This document shows positions 20,479-31,926 of a stretch of DNA of 64,000 nt, one piece after another. The first letter of the stretch is position 1. Every line of letters begins with the position of its first letter. The DNA lies in assembly GCA_023205875.1 (NCBI GenBank), contig CP060763.1:248001-312000 (forward strand), read 5' to 3'. The notes beneath the pieces were generated by a model, which saw only the letters and a list, made by a program, of their open reading frames with translations, did not search any database and was not told the origin of the DNA. This stretch comes from Chloropicon primus. Its lineage: Eukaryota. The translations under genes were made by a program, and so were the position numbers.

Positions 20479-20632
20479 GGCTTGGTTGGCGCACTGATCC
20501 TGTTTGCTTGTTGCAGCGTTGACGGTCTCCTCGAAGCACCCAAAGCTTTTCAGAGCTCTGCTGCAAATGGAGAGGACGGCGTCTTGCGGCGGACTGGCCG
20601 GTCGCATCGGAAGGTCAAGGAGGCTCGCTTCG

Positions 20633-21766
20633 ATGATGCCGAGGACAGCATCGCTGGGAGTGAGGTTGAGGAGCATGTGGTAAGTCACTGACGAACAACG
20701 AACATTCGAAAAGCTTGAGCCTGTGTTGCTGACGGTTTGATTTGATTCTCCCATTGGTCGCGTGCCTGTCACCAGGTTTGGCCTCGCCACCTGCGCCGCT
20801 GCGCTGACCTTCACCTCGGCCGCCTCGTCGAAGGGGCACGACTACGGCGCGGTGTTCAGCAAGGAGAGGGACGTGGGCATCAAGTTCGCCGACCTTCCTG
20901 GATTCACCCGGAGTGTCGTGGAGAGGGACCACGCCCTCATCACCCCGGAGTCCCGCGTGTGGTCGGGGACCCCCGGCTGGCAGAAGACCAGCACCGCTCA
21001 CCTGATAACTCCGTCGTTCCCCATGGGAGCGGAGCTCACCATGTACTTGGCGGACATGGCCACGGGGGGCGTCTTCAAGTCGGACGAGAAGGAACAGATG
21101 CACTTGGAGCGATTCGTCTTTGTCGTCGAGGGCTCCGTCTCCATCAACTGTGCCGACGGGCCTCTGACTCTCAAGGACGATGACTTTGCGTTCTTTCCTC
21201 CGGGCTACAAGCACGAGATCATCAATTTGGACGAAGCCAAGCTGGTCGTGTACGAGAGGCAGCACTTTTACTCCACGGAGACTGTGCCAGCATTCCACTC
21301 GGGGAGCACGTCAGACAAGCCGGTGAGTGCATTGCTTTTTTGCTTTGATCTCGCTCTCTCGCTCTCTCGCTCTGGCTGACTTCCTTCCCTTCTTCCTGCG
21401 CCGCACGTTGTCTGCTTGCGCTTGCAGATTTTGCCCGTCCCCGGAGAGATCTTCAAGCTGAGGAAGTGCCTTCCGGAGCAAGAGGAGTACGACTTCAACA
21501 TCCACGTCATGGACTTCGAGCCTGGAGAGTTCCTGAACATAAAGGAGGTCCACTACAACCAGCACGGGCTGCTTTTGCTGGAGGGCCAAGGCATCTACAG
21601 GCTCGGCGAGAGATGGTACTCGGTCCAAGCAGGAGATGCGATCTGGATGGCCCCGTTCGTCCCGCAGTGGTTCGGCGCTCTCGGCAAGAAGAGGTCGAGG
21701 TACATTCTCTACAAGGACACGTACCGCTCACCGGGCCACCTCATGACGGGTGGCGCGCACATGTAA
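20633..21766 (+). CDS. UGLYAH: (S)-ureidoglycine aminohydrolase (bicupin, allantoin catabolism), 3 exons, with a predicted signal peptide
   Basis: Exon1 20633-20679; intron 20680-20775 (GTAAGT..GCTGAC..CAG, phase 2); exon2 20776-21322; intron 21323-21427; exon3 21428-21766. Protein: MMPRTASLGVRLRSMWFGLATCAAALTFTSA...DLPGFTRSV..RDHALITPES...DFNIHVMDFEPGEFLNIKEVHYNQHGLLLLEGQGIYRLG...YILYKD. Confidence 0.92.
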
Positions 21767-21896
21767 GAGTTCTCGGCGACGTACGCGTACGTTGCACATC
21801 ATTCTATTCACAATTCAATTTAATATACAGCAAAGACCCAAACAAAGCTTCGGTGGCCCAAGATCGTCCCGAACAGATCCTCGGCCCTGCCCCAAC

Positions 21897-22618
21897 CTAA
21901 GGATTTATTTGCACGTCCTTGAAAAAGTAGACCGGGGTCACTTCCTTGCAGGCCCACTTTCGGCCCGACTTGTGCTTGTAGCACATCCCGCTCACGATCA
22001 CCTTCATGAGCACCTTTGGGGCCTTGGCGCACTTGCTGTTCTTGGGAAAGCTGGCCTCCGAGGCCTCCATGGGAGTCTTATACACGAAGAAGCACGAGTC
22101 CAGCGGCGGCCACCCGAAGGCGCCTCGCTTGGACACGGTCTTCTTTCCCAGCCAGTACTCTGTGCTCGAGTCGTACACCGACACGAGCTTCGTCCCCAAG
22201 GCGGCGACGAGCTTGTACATGACCGCCTTCCTCGGAATGATGTCAGGCGTCCAGTCCTTGGGCAATCTCGTTGAGGGGCACGAGCTCCACAGCCTTGAGC
22301 TCTGGATCAGCAGGATCTCCTCCTCCAGCTCCTCCTTTGCTCGAGTCAGGCAGTCCAGGCCCTGTGTTCCGTCGCCGTCGTCGCCATCGTTTGAGAGAGA
22401 GAGAGAGAGGGAGTTCTGTGTCAGTTCATGTGAAGTGCTCCGTTTGGTCATGACAGGAACGGGAAAAGAGACTCCAGAGTGGCCAAGATAAATCCTTTCC
22501 TCGTCGAACACTCATCTTGGGAGCTTTGACGAGTTCGTCATCCCCCCAAAAAAAACAGCATGGACGGCCAAAGCAACGAACTTAAACTTACCTCCTCGTA
22601 CTCGTCGCCCTCGAGCAT
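21897..22618 (-). CDS. Hypothetical protein, spliced; 5' end uncertain
   Basis: Candidate exon 22618-22592 (MLEGDEYEE), GTAAGT..CAG intron 22591-22362, and exon 22361-21897 in frame (YKLVAALGTKLVSVYDSSTEYWLG...FFVYKTPMEASEASFPKNS...APKVLMKV). Codon usage matches neighbouring genes. Confidence 0.65.
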
Positions 22619-23528
22619 CGTGGTTTCGCCTTTGAGTTCAAAAAAATGCAAAGCGCGCTGACGGGAATGCTCCGACCTTCCCGATGAGACCAAGTGAGCT
22701 CCTCACACACACACACGTGTCTGTCCCTTGGTTCCCCCTGCTGGTCGAATTATCGCACCCCCAGTGGTTCAAATCCTTCGACCTTGGGATCGACGGAAAG
22801 CCCTGAAGACGCACTAGATGGTTTTCAAACCCTCTCACCGCTCCAACACGCGCAAGAACCCCAAAATCCTTCACCTTTGCGTCCCCCTCGGTCCTCCCAA
22901 AAGCCAAGATTGCCAGGATTGTCCGAGGCCATTGTCCTCAACGGCTTACCTTCAATATCCTTGGAGAATTAACGTCATGTGCAGATGTTCGGAAAATCTC
23001 TTCAAATCGCTCAAAAAACCTAAAACTCAAAACTCGATCGCGCGCAGAGGACGACGACGACGACGACGACGACCGAGAGGTAAGGCCAACGCTTGGACGA
23101 CGACCGACACGACCCGAACGACGAGAGGTTGTATCTCTCAAACCCTTCTTCTCTCCGTTTCCGGTTTCGTTCTTCTTCTTCGTGTTTGAGGGACCTCTCC
23201 TCTGCTTTGGTTTTTTTTTTCTTTTTTTTTTGGTTGCGAGGAAGGAATGGAAGCCGTCTTTTGTTCTCCTCTCTCTCCGGTCCGCTTCCTTGGCTTGAGA
23301 GGTTGTGGTCGTGCCCCTTGTTTCGTAACTGACGTCCGAGCGTTACGCGTCCTTTGCTTTCGTCCAATTCGCGCAGCGTTTCCACGAAGAAGCTTCTTTG
23401 TGTTCTGTTGTTTCTTTGGGTTGTTTTGAACACGAGACGACGACGGCGATCGCAATCGCAATCGTATCGCTTTGGTTTGGAGAAAGTCTCTTCTTCTTCT
23501 TCTTGAGTGAAGGGTTGGTTTGGTCGAG

Positions 23529-25202
23529 ATGAGTTTGCGCCCGAGCAGTCGCGCGGAACAGCGCCGCAAGAGCAGCAAGAAGACGATCGATGCGGATGAG
23601 GCGAGGAAGAAGCGTGAGGAGGTGAGCATCGAGATCAGGAAGAGCAAGAGGGAGGAGCAGATGCAGAAGAGGAGGCAGTTCCAGCAGTCGATGGCGGGGC
23701 ACGGGTCGGATGTCGCCCAGCCTGCTGCCGGGGGGTTCTCCCAGGACATGTCGAGCTCTTCGGCCCAGGGTGGTCAGAACCAGTCCACCATCAAGCAGAA
23801 GCTGGAGCAGCTACCTCAGATGGTGCAGGGGGTGTTCACGGACGTTCCCGAGCACCAGCTGGAGGCCACGGTGTGGTTCCGGAAACTCCTGAGCATCGAG
23901 AGGAATCCCCCGATCGCAGAGGTCATCCAGGCCGGCGTCGTGGGTAAGTTCGTGGAGTTCCTCCGGCGGAACGACATTCCTCAGCTCCAGTTCGAGGCGG
24001 CCTGGGCTCTCACGAACATTGCGAGTGGAACGAGCGAGCACACCAAGGTCGTGATTCAGAACGGGGCCGTGCCGATCTTCGTCCACCTCTTGGAGTCCCC
24101 CTCGGAGGACGTCAGGGAACAGGCCGTCTGGGCCCTGGGAAACATCGCGGGAGACTCTCCCAAGTGCAGGGACCTGGTTCTCAACTCGAGGGCCATGCAG
24201 CCCCTCCTGGCTCAGCTCAACCCGCAGGCCAAGGTCACCATGCTCAGGAACGCCACGTGGACTCTGTCGAACTACTGCAGGGGAAAGCCCCAGCCGGCCT
24301 TCGAGCAGGTCAAGCCCGCTCTCCCCGTGCTGGCCCAGCTGGTGAACTCGACCGACGAGGACGTCCTGACCGACGCCCTGTGGGCTCTGAGCTACCTCTC
24401 GGACGGAACCAACGACAGAATCCAGGCGGTCATCGAGGTTAACGTCTGCAAGAGGCTCGTTGAGCTCCTGGTCCACCCGACCGCCGCCGTGCTCATCCCG
24501 GCCCTGAGGACCGTGGGTAACATCGTGACCGGGAACGACATGCAGACCCAAATCATCATCAACTGCGGGGCCCTCCAGTGCTTGTTGCAGCTTCTCACCA
24601 ACTACAACAAGAAAAGCATCAAGAAGGAGTCTTGCTGGACGATCAGCAACATCACCGCGGGGAACAAGGACCAGATCCAGGCGGTCATCGACTCGGGCAT
24701 CATCCCCCCCCTGGTCAACTTGCTCTCGAAGGCTGAGTTCGACATCAAGAAGGAGGCTGCCTGGGCCATCAGCAACGCCACCAGCGGAGGATCGGCCCAG
24801 CAGATTAGGTACTTGGCCTCCTGCCAGTGCATTCCTCCCTTGTGCGAGTTGCTCACCTGCTCTGACCCAAGGATCGTGACTGTTGCCATGGAGGGCCTGG
24901 AAAACATTCTCAAGGTCGGCGAGGCTGACAAGGGGCTCGCCGGACCAAGCGCTTTTAACGCTTTCGCCAAGGAGATCGACGAATGCGAGGGCCTCGACAA
25001 GATCGAGAACTTGCAGAACCACCAAAACACGGACATCTACAACAAGGCCGTGAACATCATAGAGGTCTACTTCGGAGGCGACGACGAGACCGAGGACCAG
25101 AACCTCGCTCCCTCCGTCGATCCCAACGCTCAAATGTACACCTTTAGTCAGCAAGGCATGCCGGTTCCACAGGGTGGTTTCAACTTTGCCCCTCCCCAGT
25201 AG
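23529..25202 (+). CDS. IMPA: Importin subunit alpha
   Basis: IBB domain ([25 protein letters not shown]) and ARM repeats ([43 protein letters not shown]). Confidence 0.98.
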   Translation: MSLRPSSRAEQRRKSSKKTIDADEARKKREEVSIEIRKSKREEQMQKRRQFQQSMAGHGSDVAQPAAGGFSQDMSSSSAQGGQNQSTIKQKLEQLPQMVQGVFTDVPEHQLEATVWFRKLLSIERNPPIAEVIQAGVVGKFVEFLRRNDIPQLQFEAAWALTNIASGTSEHTKVVIQNGAVPIFVHLLESPSEDVREQAVWALGNIAGDSPKCRDLVLNSRAMQPLLAQLNPQAKVTMLRNATWTLSNYCRGKPQPAFEQVKPALPVLAQLVNSTDEDVLTDALWALSYLSDGTNDRIQAVIEVNVCKRLVELLVHPTAAVLIPALRTVGNIVTGNDMQTQIIINCGALQCLLQLLTNYNKKSIKKESCWTISNITAGNKDQIQAVIDSGIIPPLVNLLSKAEFDIKKEAAWAISNATSGGSAQQIRYLASCQCIPPLCELLTCSDPRIVTVAMEGLENILKVGEADKGLAGPSAFNAFAKEIDECEGLDKIENLQNHQNTDIYNKAVNIIEVYFGGDDETEDQNLAPSVDPNAQMYTFSQQGMPVPQGGFNFAPPQ

Positions 25203-25407
25203 GTTGAGAGGACTGCAAGAGAAGAGCGGAGGGAGGAGGGATGGATGGAGAGAAGAAGAAGAAGAAGAAGAAGAAGAAGAAGAGGGAAAAGAAAATTGAT
25301 TTGATTGAAAAATGTTCTGAGGGGAGGAAGAGTTTGCTTGGAACGGGGTTCATGCGCGGGAAGTATGCTATTCTCTTTCTCTAATCAGAATGAAGTGTGT
25401 TATATTT

Positions 25408-25869
25408 TTATCTTGAAAGCCTAAGGCACCTGACCACCAGCATGGCGATCGAGAACGCCGCCCACTCCTTCAGTGCGGAACGCAGCGACCTTCCCGCGGA
25501 GCCCGACCCCCCCTTGCGCTCCAGAGTCACAGCGAGCAAGGGCTCCTCGATCGTGAGAATTCCAAAGTCATCCGAGACCACCCCTTCGTTCTCTGGGTCT
25601 GCTCCCACGCTTATCGACACCTCGCGTCGGGAAGGGACGCAGACGCTCTCCTCGTCTGTGGACTTCTTGCAATCCACTTGGAACCCAAAGCCTTGCCCTA
25701 CCGGATCGAGGACCACTTGAATGAGATTCTCCTGCAGAAGGGGGACATGCTCGTCACCGCCCCCCACCGCGAAGCACGTCCCAACGCAGGACGCAGACGA
25801 CGAGGACCCAAAGTCCACCCGAAACGCCACGAAACCGACGCTTGCTCGACCGTTATGGTGCCCCTCCAT
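25408..25869 (-). CDS. Hypothetical protein with a hydrophobic C-terminus (possible tail anchor)
   Basis: ORF from the first ATG (25869) to 25408; fills the gap convergent with importin alpha; ends WAAFSIAMLVVRCLRLSR. No recognisable family. Confidence 0.4.
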   Translation of the reverse strand: MEGHHNGRASVGFVAFRVDFGSSSSASCVGTCFAVGGGDEHVPLLQENLIQVVLDPVGQGFGFQVDCKKSTDEESVCVPSRREVSISVGADPENEGVVSDDFGILTIEEPLLAVTLERKGGSGSAGRSLRSALKEWAAFSIAMLVVRCLRLSR

Positions 25870-26487
25870 CGCAGTCCCCCTCCAGTAATCCAGAACCGCC
25901 ACCGACCACGATCGACGCACAAGAGGACCGCGCCTCTCCTTTGACACCCCTTGACACCCTCTCCCCCTGACCGCGATCGCGATCGATCGATGGATCGATC
26001 GATCCCTCTGCTTGCTCTCCTCCTCCTCTCTCTCGCTCTCTCGCTCTCTTTCCTCTGAGGAGCCCTTTGGCGATCGATCGATCCAACCACAAGGAGCAAG
26101 AGCACAAGCACGAGTAAGACCGCGAGTAGGAGCACGAGCGAGAGCGCCACCTCCCCCCCTCCTCCCCTCCTCCCTGATCGTGATCGCGATCGATCGATCT
26201 GTTCCCCTTCCGCGATCGCTTGATCGCGATCGCTTTCCCCGCCGTCAGAGAGAAGTCGCGCGCGCGCGAGAGAGAGAGAGAGAGATCGCGAGAGGGGCGA
26301 CGGGACGGTCGGGGAAGGGGGAAGCGAGGTGTCCGAGGTGACTGACGAGATCGTGCGTGTCACGAGGTTTCCATCGAGCCATCGTTTCTTCGGTACGAGG
26401 CCGGCTTTCGTCTAGAACGACACGTACACACACACACGCACGCACAGAGAGAGACAGAGAGGTTTGGTTTGAGAGAGGAGGGGCAAG

Positions 26488-27606
26488 ATGTCTTCGGCGG
26501 AGCAGATCAACTTGAAGATCAAGGAGATTGAAGATGAGATGGCACGGACGCAGAAGAACAAGGCGACCAACCAGCACATGGGTCTCCTCAAGGCGAAGAT
26601 AGCCAAGCTGAAGAGGCAGCTTGTGGACGGACCTGCGGGTGGTGGTGGTGGTGGGAAGGGAGATGGGTTTGACGTGAACAAGAGTGGTGACGCGAGGATT
26701 GGTCTGGTCGGGTTTCCTTCGGTAGGAAAGTCGACGCTGCTTCAGGTGATGACGGGAACATTCTCCGAAGTCGCGGCGTACGAGTTTACGACTTTGACGT
26801 GCATCCCTGGAATCATTCGCCATCAGGGAGCCAAGCTGCAGATGTTGGACTTGCCGGGAATCATCGAAGGAGCGAAGGATGGCAAGGGTAGAGGTAGGCA
26901 GGTCATCGCGACTGCGAGGACGTGCAACGTGATTGTGATGGTGCTGGATGCTGCGAAGCCTTTGACTCACAAGGCGCTTATAGAGCACGAGCTGGAAGGG
27001 TTTGGTATGCGGTTGAACAAGTCTCCACCGGATATCACGTACAAGAAGAAGGACAAGGGAGGCGTGAACATCGTGGTGAACCGACCGCTGACCAAGATGA
27101 CGGAGGAGACGATGCGAGCGATCTGTAAGGAGTACCGCGTCATATCGGCAGACTTCATTATCAGGTGCGACCCGACGACGGACGAGTTCATCGACGTGCT
27201 GGAGGGCAACCGCGTGTACATCCCTTGCATTTACGTCATGAACAAGATCGACGCGCTGAGCCTCGAGGAGCTCGAGCTCCTGGACAAGGTGGAGCACTAC
27301 TGCCCGATAAGCGGAAACCTCAAGTGGAACCTGGAGGGCCTGCTGGAGAAGGTTTGGCAGTACTGCGACATGGTGAGGGTGTACACCAAGCCCAAGGGCC
27401 AGGACCCCGATTGGAACGACCCGGTCGTCCTTCCGAGGTCGAAGAGAACCGTGGAGGCCTTCTGCAACAGAATTCACAGGAACATGATCAAAAGCTTTAA
27501 GCACGCTATCGTGTGGGGAGTCAGCGCGAAGCATAGGCCCCAAACTGTCGGAAAGGACCACATCCTTGACGACGAGGACGTCGTCCAGATTGTGAAAAAG
27601 GTTTGA
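26488..27606 (+). CDS. DRG1: Developmentally regulated GTP-binding protein (OBG-type GTPase plus TGS domain)
   Basis: [40 protein letters not shown] and a C-terminal TGS domain ([30 protein letters not shown]). Confidence 0.96.
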   Translation: MSSAEQINLKIKEIEDEMARTQKNKATNQHMGLLKAKIAKLKRQLVDGPAGGGGGGKGDGFDVNKSGDARIGLVGFPSVGKSTLLQVMTGTFSEVAAYEFTTLTCIPGIIRHQGAKLQMLDLPGIIEGAKDGKGRGRQVIATARTCNVIVMVLDAAKPLTHKALIEHELEGFGMRLNKSPPDITYKKKDKGGVNIVVNRPLTKMTEETMRAICKEYRVISADFIIRCDPTTDEFIDVLEGNRVYIPCIYVMNKIDALSLEELELLDKVEHYCPISGNLKWNLEGLLEKVWQYCDMVRVYTKPKGQDPDWNDPVVLPRSKRTVEAFCNRIHRNMIKSFKHAIVWGVSAKHRPQTVGKDHILDDEDVVQIVKKV

Positions 27607-27704
27607 GATAAGATATATAAGGGCCCTGCCTGTGTGTGGTGCCCGGCACTGTTGCTGTAAGTGCAGATCTATTAGTTGTGCCTTTCGTTTCTGTTTTTTT
27701 TTTT

Positions 27705-30700
27705 TCACTCGATGCAGGCCCACAAGAATTGCCTGGCGCTCTTGGGAATGTCCAAGTTGAGCAAAAGCTGCCAGTACAAGCAGCTGTTGGACATGGCCAC
27801 CTTCTCCGGTTGCTCGTGCTTCAGCTTAGCCAGAGCCCGCTTCCCGTGCTCCTCCGCAATTGGATTGCTCAGCTGCCCCAATGCAGACAACACGACGTCG
27901 TCCACCGCAACTTTGCGCTGGGAGCGCTTTGCCAACGTCCTCTCCCTGTGAGAGTCGCACCAGCGCTTGATGTGCATCATCGTTTTTCGCCGAGGAGAGT
28001 TCAGGTAGAGGCCCAGATCTCGTGGCATGCAGAGCTTTGCGAACCCATTCTTCACCCTGCGATCGACCGGAAAGACCTGCCAGCTCGAGTGCTTCTCCCT
28101 CAGATGATCTTCCACCGCTTCGCTGTTGCTGGCTATGTTCATCGCCACAAAGGCTTGCCCCCTCAGCATGAAGTTGGTCGACACCATCGCTACGAATGCT
28201 ATCGCATCGATTCCGCCGACTTCCACCACTTGCCTTCCAGCGTCCTCGCTCCCCGATGCGAACAGTGCAAGGTACCACAGGAATGCCTGCCTGTTGACGA
28301 AGGGCTCGTCGTCGTCATCGATCCGCTCGATCAGCATCTCAAGGATCTGGTGTTTGATCATCCAGTCCAGCCCTAGTTTGGTGCAGCCCAAGGAGTGAAA
28401 GACGTTTTCTATCGAAAGCTCGGTCATCGCCCTTTGGGTTTCTTCCACCAAAGCATCGTCATCACTCGAGCCCTTGTCGAAGATGCTGCTCCTCAGCCAG
28501 CTCTGCAGCCTTGAGCTCTGCAAGTTGTGCACCGTGTCCATGAAGCACGTGGTCTTCTCCTCCAGCAGCTGGTCCGTGATGTGGTTCTCCAGCCAGCCGC
28601 TCTCGTTCAAGAACTTGAAGCCGTCATCGTGCAGCAGCAGGTGCTCAAGAAGGACGGGGTAGCCCAGAACCTTATCCCCAAGTTTCGTGACCCCTGCAGT
28701 GATCAGGTACTTTGTGTACCCGAGAGAACAGAATTGAGCGGCGAGCAAGGCAAAGTGGGCCTTCTTCTCCTCCGTTCCAGCGTCCAAGGAATTGACGAAT
28801 AACTTTGCGAACCAAGCCACCGATTTCCTTGAGGACTCGTCATTCACACTCTTTGGGTGCGGGAGGCTCACCACGTTCCTTTGCACGCAAAGGATCGCGA
28901 ATCTGAACAGCCTGCTGTCCGCCTTGATCGAAGAGGAGAGGGTATTGCCCACAAGCTTCTGGGGGAAGTCGTTGATCTGCAGGCTGAGGCGGGCAAAGAT
29001 TTGGCGGCAGAGCTCCAAATTCCCGCCATCTTGGACGACCTGCTCAAGCGACTGCGAGATTCCAAACCTGTACAGCATGTGGATCCCCCTCCTGGTGTCT
29101 GCGATCTGCAGAACCATGCGTATCAGGCCAAAGGCGTGAGTGTGCTTGACCAGGGCCGGATGAAAAATTCTCCCCTTCTTGACATCCTTGGGGCCTATCT
29201 CCAACTCCAACCCCTTCACGATCGTTTCGAAGAGGTTCACCTCGGGCAGCTGATCCAAGAAGCTCGACTTTCCCGAGAGGAAGTTCCTGCCCTCCTCCGT
29301 CTCGATCAGGAGCTTCATCAACTCCATGCCGCACTGAACGCTGACCCTTCCCTTGTAATTGTCGATCGGGACGTCAGGAAGCCTCTTTGCGTAAAACGCA
29401 AATAATCTCTTCAAGAGCTTGCTGCGCATGCAGAGCTTGATCCCTTCTTCTGGAATCCCCTTGCAGAGGTCGAGTATCAAAGCAAAGTACTCCCACTTCC
29501 AATTCTTCCAATACTTTGAGCTGTACTTGAGAACCCCTGAGTCTGCAAGGAGTTCTTGCAGCTTTGCGAGCTTCTCCTCCAGCTCCAGGCTGCCTTCCTG
29601 CGCCTCGCCGCGATTGAAATCCTCCACAGAGATGCCGTTGCTCGCTGCAGCACTGTTTCCTTTCACTGTGCTCGATCTCAAAGTCTGCATGATGGTCTTC
29701 CTCTCCTGGGAGGCCGTTGAGGCAGCATTGCCATTATTCGAGGCGTTGGACCTCAGAACGATGCTCTGCAGCTTCCTCAGGCTGTGGTCCTTAATCTCTG
29801 ACTGAGAGACCAAGTAGCTCATTTCCGGAAGCTCTTGCTTGTCGCCGATAATGATGCCGGCTTCCCCCGCGCCCAGAATGCCCTCCTTCTCCTTGATGTT
29901 GTGGCACCCTTGCATCAAGATGAGCTTCTCTCTCCTCAAGCAGAAGTGGGACATCTCCAAAAAGGCATCCAGCAGCAATGGTATGGACCTCTTCGGCTCG
30001 AACGTCTGCTTCATGGCATTCTTCAGGTGAAAGTGCAGACCAGCGTCGAAGAGGGCGTTGACGAGCACACCCCTGTGCACTCTCTTCGCTAACTCCACGA
30101 AATTCTTTTTCCTGGGCGTGGCCTCGTCCGACTCGCACGGCATGGAATCAGAAGACGGTGGTGACGAGCCGCTGCCGCCGCTGTTGTGGCCCGAATCCTC
30201 CCAAAAGAAAACTCCGTCGAAATCGAGCTTGATCCCCGTCTTCTCGATCCAGTATTCCGCGGCACTCTCCTCCATCGGCAGGCCGAGCAATCCCGAAAAC
30301 AGCAAGATGAAGACGCACCTCACGATGCTCACCTTGGTATCCGCAAAGGCTTGAACGAGGACCTCCAACACCGACTTCTCTGCCTTGGTGTGAGTTGTCA
30401 GCAGGAACACTCCCGACCAGGACTGGGCCATCCGAAACAAGCCCTGCATGCAGTTTGGCAGCAGCTTGAGCGTATGGATCTGATCCCAACCCAAGATGTC
30501 TTCCTCGTCCTTGGGGACCTCAGAGATGGCAAGGTCCGTGAACGGGCTCAAGATGGGCCCAAAGACCGCAGCTGTGTCCCAACCTAGGTTCTTCCTCGCC
30601 GTGACGTGGGCGAGCATCGACGAAAGCGCCTGCTGGGACGCCATCGCGATTGTTTCCCTCTGCACTGCCTCCATGTTCAAGGCGTAAGTGCCTTCGACGT

Positions 30701-31421
30701 CCAGGAAGCTCAGCGTGCACAAGGTCAAAAGGAGTGGCTTCAGGTGCTTCAGGGATGAGATCTGATTCGGGAAGTTCATTGCGATGTTTCGGAGAACCTC
30801 CAAGGCCTTGAGCAAGACCCTTGGGTTGCATGGAGGGGCCTCTGAGTCCTCTTCTTCCTCGGCCACGCTGCAAGCGTTCACCACAGAAGGCAGCACGAGC
30901 TGCCAGGCTCGAACCTCGTCCCTCCAAGGGCCTGCCGGCTTTTTCAGAGATTCTTGCTGGCACAGGGAAAGGACGAGCTGCAGAGCTTCCAATTGCTCCT
31001 CCGTGGAGCCCCCTCCGCCATCGAGCGCCCTCACCAGGTGCAGCACAAACCTCTGTCCTTTCACCGCTGCTTCCTCCTCCGACTCTCCCTCCGAAGTGAG
31101 GTCGAAGACGTCAACCAGAATCTTGCTCCTTGCGATGTACGTCATCGCCCTCCACCCCGCCGTCCTCAAGAAGGCATCCGCGTGGCTCGTCAGCTTGTAC
31201 AGCGCCGGTGGCAATGCTTGAAATCCCTTGCCCCCAGCAACATCATCTTTTGTGTCGACTCCCGATGCGAGAGCCATACTGAGCTCGGCCTCGAAGTCTG
31301 CGAGGGCGAATTGCATGCTCTGGACCCCCTGGACCCCCTGAACATCAAGCTCGCACGTCCCAATGAACTCCATGAGCCTCGCGCAGGCCTTCTCCACGCT
31401 CTCCCTCCAGTTCAAAACCAT
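27705..31421 (-). CDS. RICTOR: RICTOR/Avo3/Ste20/Pianissimo-like ARM-repeat protein (TORC2 subunit-like), divergent; a 5' extension is possible
   Basis: Collinear RICTOR-like blocks: RMAQSWSGVFLL (N domain); LADSGVLKYSSKYWKNWKWE...SKLLKRLFAFY...CGMELMKLLIETEEGRNFL...RIFHP (M domain); LLLHDDGFKFLNESGWL; AFLWYLALFAS...IAFVAMVSTNFMLRGQAFVAMNIAS (V domain); LGQLSNPIAEEHGKRALAKLK...PKSARQFL (C-terminal). First ATG at 31421; the frame is open to 31511. Confidence 0.75.
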   Translation of the reverse strand: MVLNWRESVEKACARLMEFIGTCELDVQGVQGVQSMQFALADFEAELSMALASGVDTKDDVAGGKGFQALPPALYKLTSHADAFLRTAGWRAMTYIARSKILVDVFDLTSEGESEEEAAVKGQRFVLHLVRALDGGGGSTEEQLEALQLVLSLCQQESLKKPAGPWRDEVRAWQLVLPSVVNACSVAEEEEDSEAPPCNPRVLLKALEVLRNIAMNFPNQISSLKHLKPLLLTLCTLSFLDVEGTYALNMEAVQRETIAMASQQALSSMLAHVTARKNLGWDTAAVFGPILSPFTDLAISEVPKDEEDILGWDQIHTLKLLPNCMQGLFRMAQSWSGVFLLTTHTKAEKSVLEVLVQAFADTKVSIVRCVFILLFSGLLGLPMEESAAEYWIEKTGIKLDFDGVFFWEDSGHNSGGSGSSPPSSDSMPCESDEATPRKKNFVELAKRVHRGVLVNALFDAGLHFHLKNAMKQTFEPKRSIPLLLDAFLEMSHFCLRREKLILMQGCHNIKEKEGILGAGEAGIIIGDKQELPEMSYLVSQSEIKDHSLRKLQSIVLRSNASNNGNAASTASQERKTIMQTLRSSTVKGNSAAASNGISVEDFNRGEAQEGSLELEEKLAKLQELLADSGVLKYSSKYWKNWKWEYFALILDLCKGIPEEGIKLCMRSKLLKRLFAFYAKRLPDVPIDNYKGRVSVQCGMELMKLLIETEEGRNFLSGKSSFLDQLPEVNLFETIVKGLELEIGPKDVKKGRIFHPALVKHTHAFGLIRMVLQIADTRRGIHMLYRFGISQSLEQVVQDGGNLELCRQIFARLSLQINDFPQKLVGNTLSSSIKADSRLFRFAILCVQRNVVSLPHPKSVNDESSRKSVAWFAKLFVNSLDAGTEEKKAHFALLAAQFCSLGYTKYLITAGVTKLGDKVLGYPVLLEHLLLHDDGFKFLNESGWLENHITDQLLEEKTTCFMDTVHNLQSSRLQSWLRSSIFDKGSSDDDALVEETQRAMTELSIENVFHSLGCTKLGLDWMIKHQILEMLIERIDDDDEPFVNRQAFLWYLALFASGSEDAGRQVVEVGGIDAIAFVAMVSTNFMLRGQAFVAMNIASNSEAVEDHLREKHSSWQVFPVDRRVKNGFAKLCMPRDLGLYLNSPRRKTMMHIKRWCDSHRERTLAKRSQRKVAVDDVVLSALGQLSNPIAEEHGKRALAKLKHEQPEKVAMSNSCLYWQLLLNLDIPKSARQFLWACIE

Positions 31422-31926
31422 GGTTGGTTGAGTATCCTCTATTCCCTTGGCCTTGGCCTTGCTGTGCGTGCCTCTGAAACTTCCCCTTTCCCTCGTGCCC
31501 GATGATCTCAATGCGTCTCCAGCTGAATCCAGAATGACACCACCATCGGCTTAGCCATCGTACCGACCGCTGTGCTCCCTTGCTCTCGTCGCTCTCTTCC
31601 TCCTTCCACTTCCAAGGTATCGCCTTGGCCTTGCCAACTCTGTTCTGCTGGGTTCTGCCCAAGACGATGGAGCAGATGACGAGGACGACGAGGACGAGGA
31701 CGACGACGAGGAGGAGGAGGCTTGGACAGATGTGTTCCCCTTCCCCCTTCCGAGAGGGTTATGCCTTGGCCTCTGCATTACCTGTCCAAGACGATGGGGC
31801 TTGGGCTTTGGGAGAGAGGAAGAGAGGAAGAGAAAGAGAAGGGATGATGATGATGATGATGATGAAGAAGATGATAGACAAGGGACTGAGACTGAAAGAA
31901 AAATAATTACAACAACAACAACGAGA

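Noticed and set aside
20395..20691. ORF with an IFIFIF hydrophobic stretch as the signal-peptide exon of UGLYAH
   Set aside because: The hydrophobicity comes from a (TTCATC)n microsatellite, the ORF lacks an ATG start, and its frame gives the wrong phase at the 20680 donor. The ATG 20633 frame splices correctly.
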